Assembly (NCBI GenBank): GCA_040954595.2 | Contig: CM082585.2 | Span: forward strand, 6,163,808-6,227,807 | Reading direction: 5' to 3' | DNA: 64,000 bases | Origin: Balanoglossus misakiensis | Lineage: Eukaryota > Animalia > Hemichordata | Shown: one piece after another, positions 12,262-24,200 of the stretch | How positions within the stretch are numbered: the stretch's first letter is position 1 | Layout of the letters: every line of letters starts with the position of its first letter | Made by a program: the position numbers and the translations under genes | The notes under the pieces: generated by a model | Database searches by the model: none | What the model was told of the DNA's origin: nothing | What the model saw: only the letters and a program-made list of their open reading frames with translations

Positions 12262-15200
12262 GAGGATGTATACTGCAATAAACTCTGCGGTGACTGCCAT
12301 TGCAAAGGACAAAAGGGTTCACGGGTAAGTAATCGTGTGTTAACCAATCAGATCCAAGGAATTATACACTGTGTAGTCCTTCCTACCAATAAGATCAGCA
12401 GATGTATACTGTGCCACTATTTCAGCCAATCAGATGAAATGTAAGTGTAGTACATGTATCTTTCAACCAACCAGATTAAAGGTAAGTGAACTGTGGATAT
12501 TTCAGTTATCAGGGAAAAGTACACTAGATTAATTAAAGTGAATTATCACAAGCAGCCATTTGACCAATCAGATGAAAGGTAAGAGTAAGACGCCGTGGAG
12601 GCATTTTCGACCAATCAGACAAAGTGTTAGGTCTGCTGTGCAGAAGTTTTAACCAATCAAGGGTGGGTGTACCTGAATAGGTATTGCAACCTCTTTGTTC
12701 AGAAAACCAGATGAGGAATGATCGCCCCAGTCATTAATTTCTGTTCAGTCTCAAAAAGGTTTTTAAAAATCAAACTAAATTCAACAAAACCGGACAAAAA
12801 CCTTTTGACTTTTTTTGAATAGTGGAGCTGTAATGGCAGTCTCATTTCCAGTAGTGTAGCATAGCAACCAGTAATTGCGGGCTTAGAGAAGATATCTGTG
12901 TTATGGTTGGTATTTGGCCGCTTTATTGATGTTGCTACAATGATTTGTGTGTCACCAGTGGAGGGGGGCGACTCTTGCCACGATGTCAAGGCAACTGCTA
13001 TAAATTGCAGTCACAGTGATTAGGGGGAGAACCATTTGATTTCTGGGGGGGGGGGGGGTGGATTCAGGATTTCTTTTTTTTTTTGGGGGGGGGGGGGGGT
13101 TGGCAGATGGTGCAAAGGAAAAATATCTCCCCCCCCCCCCCCCGACATCAAATGGTTCCCCCCTTATTGGCCAAGAATCTCCGATTGAGAAGAAACGTGA
13201 CAGGGCTCTGCCAGTGACATGGTTGTCTGAGCATGTGTATAAATTTCCCGTAGAGAGAGATACTTGATGCCAGCAAGTAGGAGGGGAATAAATGCATGGT
13301 TCTTGTCCGAGATATATGAAGCTATGCACTTTGTGAGGTCGGCTGTATCAGTCATGGTGTTGCTAAACACGTATTTGACTTTTTATTGTCTGTTTTGGTA
13401 TCTCCTAGCAGATGTATGTGTATTCCCAGTAAAATGCCACATCTGTCTGTATGCCCCAGTGCAATAAAATCAAGCCTGTCCCCCCACTGTCACGTTCAAA
13501 TTCTTTTCTTGGAAAAGGAGCAAATAGGCAGCGATTGTTTTTTCCGTAATTAGTGTTGGGATGAAGTTTGGGAATAGATGTATGGGAGATGCTGGGATAA
13601 GTTTGTCTGTAGATGTGTTAGTGTGTATGCATGTGCAGTTAATGCTGTGTTAGCATCCACCTCTATGTTGTGGAAAATTTTCTATAGTGGCCACTTTGTT
13701 ACTGTCCCTGTGCAATTAACACGTGCATTAATTGACCTGTCTGGAACGACGTCATGTCTACCAGGGACATTTTAGGAAAGTCCCTTGTCTGGCTGACATA
13801 GACTGGTTTGACTGTTTGTTGCCCTGGGCGACCACCCCCTCAAGCGAAGATATATAGGCGATAAATGAGTTTACCAAGATACTGGAAATAACATCTCACC
13901 TCGGGTCGTTGGGTTGCAGATATGTGAATATGTAGCCAAGTGTGCTTTGACATCGTGTCGAATATGTTAGTTACATATCTCTAGTGGATAGCAGTGTTTA
14001 GAATTAGTTTGGTGACAAGTCTAGCCAGAAGCGGCAAAGAGCTCAAAGTGAAACTGGAATTTGATCGGCCCACCCGGTCAGTACGTAGAACTGAATGCTT
14101 ATACCGGCAAAAAATCCCTTGAACTCTCTCACCTGGCCACAATTTATAGGCATGTGCTCCATATATTATCGGTACACTGTGAATATTGACCCGTGACCGA
14201 AGAATGATCATTCAGTATGTCCCTTTGTTGCCCTGGTATTTTTCAGACAGTGGAAGGTTTGTATCATGTGGGTCAGTGCCGCCCAAGTGTAAAAAAAAAT
14301 CATTGCCAACAAGTGGCGAGTCGGTTTTCCATCTTTAACGAGGATAGCCGAGCTCTCATAATAAAGTACATTGATACGGTACCTCCGAACACACAAGGTA
14401 GGTCTCTTTGAAGGAGTAGGATGTCGTCATGGCAACACTTTAACGCCATGGTACATTTGTGATGATATTAAAGGCACGTAAGCTGCAACTGGATAAAAAA
14501 TTAAAGTTTTAAATAATCTCATATATGCTTTTAATTATGTCTATTAAATGATATTTCATGATATTATATCAAGCTCAACACTTATTTATGACAAAATGGC
14601 CAAAAATTAAAGAAAAACGAAAATTCCTGCAATTTTAAAAAAAGTGCGATCTTGCAATGAAAAATGAAAATCTGATGTCTCAGTGGTGTACATTTACTTC
14701 CATGAGCTCAAGTGGATGAGATCATGTTTTGTTTATGAAGTTTCACAACCGGAAATGCAACATTTTCATTGTTACTTGCTTTTTCCCACGGTGACGGCCA
14801 TATTTGCTTGCGGCAAAGCTTTATTATTTATCTGGTTAAAACTTGCATATGCACTCATATTTAGGGTTTATAATGCTTGTGTATAGTTCACTGCCTTCAT
14901 CTGCATGGACTAATGGTAGTGCAGTTTGAAACAAAAATTATGAAAATTATCCCAAAGTTACAGCTTACGTGCCTTTAAACACTTCAAATTGTCTTGGTTT
15001 CTTAATTTCCAGGGTATCCACGGTAGGCTAGGACCCGTCGGGCGAAGGGGACTGGTTGGTTTTCCGGGAAAAGAAGGTTTTGACGGTGAGAAAGGATACA
15101 AGGGAGAAGCAGGAGTGCCCGGACAGCGTGGACCAACCGGAGAACGGGTGTGTATGGATCTGTATGGATAGTGCCATCCTCAGTTTTAAGCTCCATCCAT

Positions 15201-18200
15201 GTTTAGGCACCGGACAGAGCCAACTTTGGTACATTTTGCCCTTTGATAAGCACCGGCAAAGACTACAAAGTCTTGGCAACACGCTTTCAAAGTTTGATGA
15301 CATGCCTGCAAGTGATAAGGCACCATATAACCAAATTTTAAGAGCCATCAAAATATGAAAATTTTGCAAAGTGGAGCTTAATTGAAGGAAGATGCAGTAG
15401 CTCAAACTTACTCATGATGAGATACCAACATTTTTTTCTCGAATTCACCACAATGTTATAGAATTACCAAGTATCGGAATACATCAGTTTATAGAAACTA
15501 TAATAACCACATGCTCTGGTTATATTCTTGACTTCCAAACCACACCGTGTATGCATGGTTTCATATTGTCTGGTTCCGTTCTAGGGCTCGATCGGTGTTC
15601 CAGGTTTTCCCGGTATAAATGGCATCCCAGGTGTGCAGGGTATCGGAGGTGCACCTGGTAGACGGGGTTTGGACGGATGCAATGGAACACGGGTAAGTTT
15701 AAAAGAAGCAGTTACGATTCACAAAGGACAAATGCAGTCCAGCCATTGATTCTCCTTGGACTTACAGAACGTGCCTTCAACCATGTTACTAGTATGTACC
15801 ATAACCCTGTACCAGATCACAGATAAAAACAAAAAAAGCACCTGATGGTGCCACTTGGGGAGACATACCAAAAGCGGTATCAGGCTAGGCCCTTGTGCAC
15901 TAGCACACTTGAAGCAAACATTCAACATACATGCTAATTGTGAATCATTTGGACAGTCAAAAAAATATTAAGTACCGGCCCGTATCAAATGATAATGATA
16001 ACCATGGCCAACTGTAATCCCAGTAAACTACTGCAAAGTTGGTGTTATTTGATCTGGTTGTTGTATTGTCTCAAGATGTGTACAAACTCTCACATGTGGT
16101 ATACAGCTTTCTATAATCCTTGTTGACTCTTTTCTGGGATCATAGTTATTATCTGGTAATCAGCTGTACTTTAATTATTACCACCAGTGACAAAAATTCC
16201 CGTTGTCCCTAAGAACAGGAAATTAACTGTGTAAAATGACAAATATTGTAGTATATGCGATGTACAGGTGTTCTTTGTTTATGAATAGTTTCCTCTTTCA
16301 CTCAGACTATGGGCGTGTATTTATCCAGCTATGCCATTGCAAATACTGGTGCTGTTACAATGAAACTCTTTTCCCAATTTTTTGTCTCCGTAGGGTGATC
16401 CTGGTCCCGCGGGTATTGGTGATCCGAACTCAGTCGGGCTTCCTGGACCACCGGTAAGACTTTTGTGGAGAGAGTACGGGACGCACCTGCAATTTGTTGA
16501 GGGAAAATTGATACCTGTATACATGCCCACATTAAGATCAGATGTTTCCATAGAACAGCTCGTGTCTACAGAATCAGTATCCTGACTGCAAGAATGTATT
16601 TTTCATCCATTGTTGAGACATGCATGAACAGTCGAGAAACTGGGTAGTGAATTTGCCTATTTTATCATCACCGGAGCCTCGCTTTCGAACACGCGGGAGC
16701 TGCAAACATGGCGTTCGCAACCCTCGCCGTTGTCATGTAAACACATTTTTAGAAGTGGTTTATCTCAGTTAAAAACACCGAAAGAAAAAGAAAAATCAAT
16801 TTTTCTGAGGTATTATAAAGTAATTATTGGGATAACGAAAAAATCCGCCATTTTTAGCGTCATTTTCTTGCAATTAACGACCTATCTCGGCACCAGTCAT
16901 TACGGTGATTTACCGCGCTACGACGGGCCAATTTTCAGCGAACGGGTAAGGGGTCAAGGAGGTCGTGAGCCATCACGATATTTCAAACACATGATTTGGA
17001 AAGTTCAAAGGTACTTCAGTCCAAATATGGGAGTAGTGCCGCCTTGCAAACGCAAACGACGCAGTGTTTACTGATCAAGGTCACGTACTTCCGGGTTTCG
17101 ATGTTGCGCGCAATGTGTATGCGATATGCGTTGTAGTTAGTCCTGCGTACAGGTCTGTAGGTTCCCGGCGTTAATTAAAGTGAGCTTCGCGCAAGCCGCC
17201 CGGCCGCGATGCGAACCACACGACGTGGGCTAAAGGCCAACCTGCACGACCCAGTCCACCAGGGCTACAATTATTGCGGCTACGGTTATGCGAAATACTG
17301 ACTCTCCTTGCAAGTCACCGCGTATGTTGCATGCCCCCCCCCCCCCCCGCCACGTACAGCCACACAGTTAGTAACATGCCCCCTGGCAAATACATTTGCT
17401 AGTTTTACCCAGCAATTTCATCATCACTGTCAAGGTTATCATCAACTTCGAGAACATTTTCTTCTGGCAAATCATATTCCTGTTCATCCTCAATAATTTC
17501 TTCTATTTCACAATTTGTGATTTCATTATCATCATTATTGGTTTCTTCTTCAATAATTTCATCAGTTTCTGTCTGCAGTTCCCTGCCCTTGTTGTTGTTG
17601 TTGTTCACACAGTTCAGGCAATTACAGCCTGGGCCACACATCATGCCCTTCTTTTTTCATTTACATGTATTATTCTTGCATCCTGTTTTCTTACATTTAC
17701 ACCCTTTTGTGTAAAACATCACACGCTCTTGAACCTGCATATTTTCCACAGAATCCCACAGTATATTTATTTTCCCATTTTCCACATTGTATCCTGAGTT
17801 TTCATAAGGAGGAAGTGTAATGTGATGTTTTAGAGGTCCTGACATTTTGCACACAGACCGCAGCGATTTTTTAAACTCTTGCAGTTGATTACACACTGTT
17901 TTTATTTGTTTCACTACATTATTTTTAACTTTACACTTATCCCGCATTTTTTTAATACAAATATTATATCGATGCTCTGCCAGTCGTACAAATGTGGAAA
18001 TATGGTACTTGTAAGCTTTGTAATTATTAAATGAAGGCTTGCTAGCACTTTTAAGCCTTGCATTTAAAATATTTGCAACTTTTGTTTTTATTTCAGTTGA
18101 GTTTGTATACAGAACCTTGTTTTTTTCCACTTCAGAGCAGGTTTTGTTAATTTGCAACAGTGCATTTTTACTGACAGAGTTTATGCGTGAACGATGCACC

Positions 18201-21200
18201 CTCCTTGTCCACAAAGGAAGATTGACTCCACATACAATCACCATTTTTATGCGTTTTATGGTTATCTGTAGTACTTAAGTAGTATAACCCTGGAAGCCAA
18301 CAATGCACCAATAAATCCGAAAAAAATCAACTTCTCTGGTAAAACAATAGCAAAGAGATAGCTATGTTAATGTGAGACGAAAAAATGCACGATTTAGTCA
18401 TACACAAGTCCAAAGAATCATGCGTGGCACGTGGATGCACCTCAGTGACACGATCACGAACCGATGTAAACAATCAGCAGTGTGTGACCGCCATATTGGA
18501 TTTTACTGGCGTCGACCACCCAAAACCTACTCAAGTTCAATGGCCCGAAACTCCACTTTGGGAAGCTTGAGCCAAAACGAAACAATATCCGTTCAAAATA
18601 TAAGATATAAAACTAATACAAAAAGCACACTTGGAGCAATTTTATGCTTGCAAACGGAAACGACGCAGTGTTTATTTTACCCCATTCGCTAGACGTAGCG
18701 TACAAATAATATCAGAGATCGAACAGAAATACGAAAAATTTTCCACTTTCAACTCGATCGGACGATAGGTTACGTCTATCAAACCTGAGCGACGAAGTTT
18801 GGTGGCACAAATCTCACCTTTTGGTGTAGAAAAAGACGATTTTCTGAAAGTGAAAAAATACACCAACGGTTCTTGAAGTAATGGTGGCGCTGTTGAAATT
18901 CAAAGTAAAATCTCATTAACATATGCAAATTCACTACCCAGTTTCTCGACTGTGAATATGTAGACGACTGAAGATCTCCTGAGCAGCACTATTTAATTTG
19001 GCTTCTAGTGTGAGATTTTTTGTTTTGGTTTCACAGCAGCAGACCTACCAGTAGAAACTGTAACATCTACGCTAACATCTTTTTTATGATTTTATGATAT
19101 GTGTCATGCATGTCATGTATCAATTCTGATCAAATGTGAGCACAGTGTCATTTGACGCTATTATTATTTTTTGTAGGGATTTGATGGTTTGAAAGGCCAA
19201 AAGGGAGAATCAGGACCAGGCACTCCGGTAAGCGTGTAATTTTATCTTAATATATGTGTCCACTGTTGTCTTTTAGCAAAGAAAATGGCCAGCAAGTATA
19301 CTTTTGGAAAATCATGCTTGTACTGAAATAACCTGAACTGAAATCATCATAGCAAACAATACTTTCAACACACTCGTGTACATATTTGAGTTATCATATC
19401 CAAAGAAATGTTTCTGATGTTCAAGTGAGTTTAATAAATACATTGTATGTATGACCTTTCTTGACCTTTTTTCCTACCCAGGGTGCCCCGGGATTTCCTG
19501 GACCGCCGGGTGAAGTCGGTGATAAAGGATCAACGGTAAATATGCCATCACCTTTGCACTATGACCTCTTGGTGACCTATGACCTCACCTGAACAGGGTA
19601 CTGTCGTCAGAGGCAAAGGAGAAGGCCCATTACTTAAAATGTTTGGCTGGGTGTTTTTTTTTTAGCTCAGATGTTGTCGGCAAACACAACCAGCTAGCTT
19701 ACTCTCACTTAGACTCTCTCACAGCCCCTCTCGCCGTCCATGCAGGCTTATAGTCTGATTGCATGTTTGCCCTGCGACACAACACAATATGGAGCTTCAC
19801 CTCTGTGGTCGAGGGCACGTCAATGAAGAGACTTGTAGTGAACCGTGGGCTGTGAGAAAGTCTAACTCTCACTCTGCACAACGCAGTTTATCTTGCTCCT
19901 GCAAAAAGAAACAGTTTCTATCGAGGATGGTGACTTCAAGACCGTCATGTTGGGCCCTTGAGCAAGGCACTGACAACTGAGGAGGGGAAGAAGTAACTCT
20001 CATCAAATAAGATCAAATAAATAAGAAAAATATCTTAAATGACATACATTATTTTCTAGGGTGATAGAGGTCCTGTAGGTCCCAAGGGCCCGAAAGGTAT
20101 AAGTGAAGTCGGCTTTAATGGCCCTAAGGGAGATACGGTAAGTCGCAGTACATTTTCTCGGTAAATGAGTGTGATTTTTTGTCAAACTATGCAGAGTTGT
20201 AATTTTGAAGTTCATTTTTTTTTCAAATTCAGGGTGGCCAGGGTAAAATGGGGCCACCGGGACCGGCGCAAGTCGATAAACCACAAGAGCAAATCAACAG
20301 AGGGAATGGCGAAAACGGCACAAAGGTTTGTGAAGTTCCACTGTGTTTCAGCTAACATTCTTATGTGTGTATTGTGGGCCTGACTATCAAGTGGTCCTTT
20401 TGTACGTGAAGCCCGGAAATATGTGAACATTCAGAGATCTGTGAAAGAATCGTTCTCAGCATTCATAGAAGCATACTTCCATGATATTATTTATCCCCTT
20501 CACCCCCCAGTTCACTATGTAGAGGTCCAACATTGCCATAGAAAAACAATGGATTTGGACTAAACCATGGTGGTGAAAGGGTTAATGCAAAGTATATTGT
20601 AGCAAACTCTCACTATATGACTACCTTTGGTAGGACAAATGCATCTCGGCTATTTGTAATAGAAGTAGTCATGTCAGATTTTCGTATTTTAATATTATTT
20701 TTGTAAATTTTATTGAATAGGGTAGTATTGGTGACAAAGGAATGATAGGTGAACCAGGAAGAGAGGGGCCCAAGGTGAGTCATTAAATTTCTGCCAACAA
20801 CTAGTCACAGTTCAAAGTATTCTGTTTTGATCATGACGAAAACAGTGCTGTGAGTTAAGCTGGGTTTTACTGATGTGTGTGTGTGTGGTGTTTGATGTGT
20901 GTGTGTGGGGGGGGGGGGGGTGGAATGATGTGTGTTATGTGCACAGGCATAAATATTGACCAGCTTGAATGCTGGAGTGACTAACGATAACTTACACTTC
21001 CTTCAAAGAAAACAGGTTTTGCTTGCAAAGGAAAGTTACATTTGGACACACATAATATTACATCTCCTGTCCCTCTGTCTCGTCTTTTACCACTCATAAC
21101 TCTTTCTGTTTGTGACAATCTCTGATTTCAGGGAAGGACTGGCCCAGACGGCATGGTTGGAGAGAAGGGTGTTCCTGGACCAGCAGGGCCAAGGGTAAGT

Positions 21201-24200
21201 CGACATTTAACCCTCTCACCCCAAGTAGAGTAGGCATAATTTGTTGATTTATTTTAAAGCCTTTCATCCCTGTAATACTGTATATTTTTAAGACAGTTTT
21301 TCTCTTTCACAAATTTAAGTTAAACGATTGTTTTTGTCATAGGTTGTTTTAATTGCAATAGTTAAAATATTTTCTGAGAAAGTTAGAAAAGTTCTGAGAC
21401 ACCTTACACGACTGCATTCCCTATAATATTAATATAAGGGTTAACTGATAGGAAAATGTGATTGTATTCCGTGGGTCGTTTGAGTTTAATTTTTCTTCCC
21501 ATCCACAAATTATTTCCGTGTGTAGGGAGATCCAGGTAATGATGGACCGCGTGGCGTGCCAGGTTTCCGTGGTGACATCGGAGAAGATGGAATCCCAGGT
21601 CCCAGTGGAGTTAAAGGCTTCAAGGTTGGCAAGCGTTTTCCATTCATCATGCATATTTTACCATAGATTTGCATATATTTACATAATTCTAGATATACAT
21701 ATTTTTGTGTCGTATTTTTTTAAGCAAACTTGTAACAAGGGTGTGTGAGTGTCATGTTAATTTTGGGATATTCCTTGCATTGAGCATTATAGGGAAAGCC
21801 ATATTTTGTAATGCAACCAAAGATACTACAAAATTTGTAAACCAAAATTTATGCATAGATTCTCTTTACACATACGGGTATATTTGTGAGTACAGTAACA
21901 TGATTTCAGTTTACAGCTGAAATTGTGAAAGCTGAATATGAAGAGACACTACTGCTATGTGGCTCCAAGAACTCTCTCATCAAGGAACCAAGATTTTTCT
22001 TTAGTCTGACATTCCCTTTTTTGTATTGTTCATCAGGGCGAGCTGGGTGACATGGGCAATGAAGGATTACCCGGTCTTAAAGGATTACCAGGAGATGATC
22101 CGGTAGGTTGCAAAGCCATTAGGCAACTCTCATTATGATCAGAATTAATAAATGTATACATAATGACGTCTACTGTGTTTACATTTACAATCAACACAAT
22201 CATGTTCCGAATCACAGGAAGTTGGTGATGGACCCCCGGGGCTGCAGGGTCCAACGGGAAGAATCGGTCTTCCCGGTCCGGCTGGTCCACCTGGTCCTCC
22301 CGGTGATGACGGACCCCAGGGACGGCTTGGTCTGTCCGGAGAACGTGGACCTCAGGGTCCGCAGGGACCGGAAGGGGACGGCAGGCTTGGAGACAAGGGA
22401 GAACCCGGAATGCCAGGTGAGTGGTTCCTTCAGTTCATCGCAAAGATTCCAAGAAGTAGGGTTAACCCAGGGGTGGCTTGGGTTAGCCTGGTGTTACCCA
22501 AAGACAAATCTCCTTCTTTTTTCCTAAACTAGCCACTTATATCAGGCTGAAGTTTTTGTTAGTTGCGCGCAGCTGAATTCCAGATGTGGTACTTAGATAC
22601 AAAACGTGGTTTAATTCAAAGAAAGTTGCTCCTTTGGCTCTGGAAAAAGTCAAATGTTTCTGCTATCATAATGTCTGAGGGGAAATTTTTCCAGTCTTTG
22701 ATAATTTGGGGGGGGGGGTGAATGTGAATTGTCATGAACATTTGTGTGACTTTTTTGAATGGTATAGTATAGGTAGGAAAGTCAGTCCAACTACAACTAT
22801 CAAAGTTTTTAGCAGACGATGGGAACACATCGGACGCATAACAAAGTGGAAAATGTAAAATATGCTCGACCGCAGAGCATTCAGAAGACAAGAACTTTGG
22901 TCGAACATATTTTACATTTTATTTTACACTTTTATGAACATTAATTGACGTGTTTTATGTTGAATGCAGGTATGCCTGGAAAACTGGGTTTGCAGGGTCT
23001 GCAAGGTCGTCCCGGAAACAAAGGTGAACACGGAGAGAAGGGAAACCAAGGAATATCCCAACCTGGAGAGACAGGAATGGATGGACCTCGAGGTTTGAGG
23101 GGACCGCAGGGACCCAGAGGACCGGAAGGCCCTATGGGACCACCAGGTTAGTCTAGAAAATATGATTTATTTTCATTAAAAGAAAGCAACTGATTCTTCC
23201 AAAAGAACAGGGCAGTGAGAGATGCGTCGAATTTTAAAAATTACGAATTTCTGATTTTTTGATTGGTCTGTTGTCAGGTCCACCTGGTGATCACATCAAT
23301 GGAGACGATTTCATCGGAGACCCTGGTACAATGGGTCCACCTGGTTTCAAAGGACTCATGGGATTGCCTGGTCCGGTCGGCCCTCCTGGAAGGTTTGGCG
23401 AGAAGGGTGAGTGTTGCCCCCTGCATGGGGACAGTTACTTGTGAAAATCACCACAAGTATTTTCATAATTTCGCAAATATTTGTGAACTTTGCAGGAGCC
23501 AAGAAAAAATGGGATAACAAATAGTCGTAAGAGAACCTTGTGTACAATAGAATGTTATTCCGAGATAAATAGAACGTGAAAATTAATCATTGTGGAATAG
23601 TCACCTCTGTTGATATCGCGAAAAAATTTCCTGTTGCAAAAATTCCCCGTTGTACAGTATATAGAATGATGGAAGGAGACGTAAATAGAACGATGTCAGG
23701 ACTAAAATTGTTTCATAAACCGACAATGCTGTCTGAACTTTCTCTGTAACAGGTGACGTCGGTGGTGAATGTGGTCTTGTTTGTCCCCGGGGGTTGAAGG
23801 GTGAACCCGGTGATGAAGGCTTTGCTGGTGCACCTGGTTTGACAGGACCAGGTGGCGGAGAAGGGCCGAAAGGACGTTCCGGAGGCTACGGGGAACCGGG
23901 TCCACCCGGCATCGATGGTAGACCAGGATCAGACGTAAGTAGCCGTATTTTATCGTTAATTTAATAAGTTTGTTGATTTCGGAGAGAGTGTTCTGCAAAG
24001 CTCATTAGACTGCCAGGTATCTGTTCTACGATATACAGCCTGGTTTATGCATTCTTTTCATAAGTGAAAACTAAAGCTAGAGCTTAATTTGTATTCCTCA
24101 GCAATATCGAAGAACTTGAATGTGAGGCCTTTAAAATGCTGTATGTGATCGAATTACTGCACAGTCACTCTAAGAACTACATTTTGACTCAAATTGCTTG

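Noticed and set aside
12341-12662. CRISPR-like alternation of conserved core and variable spacer
   Set aside because: The locus is a eukaryotic intron with no cas genes. The cores are degenerate and the spacers share residual similarity (CTGTG, TTTC), so it is an old minisatellite.
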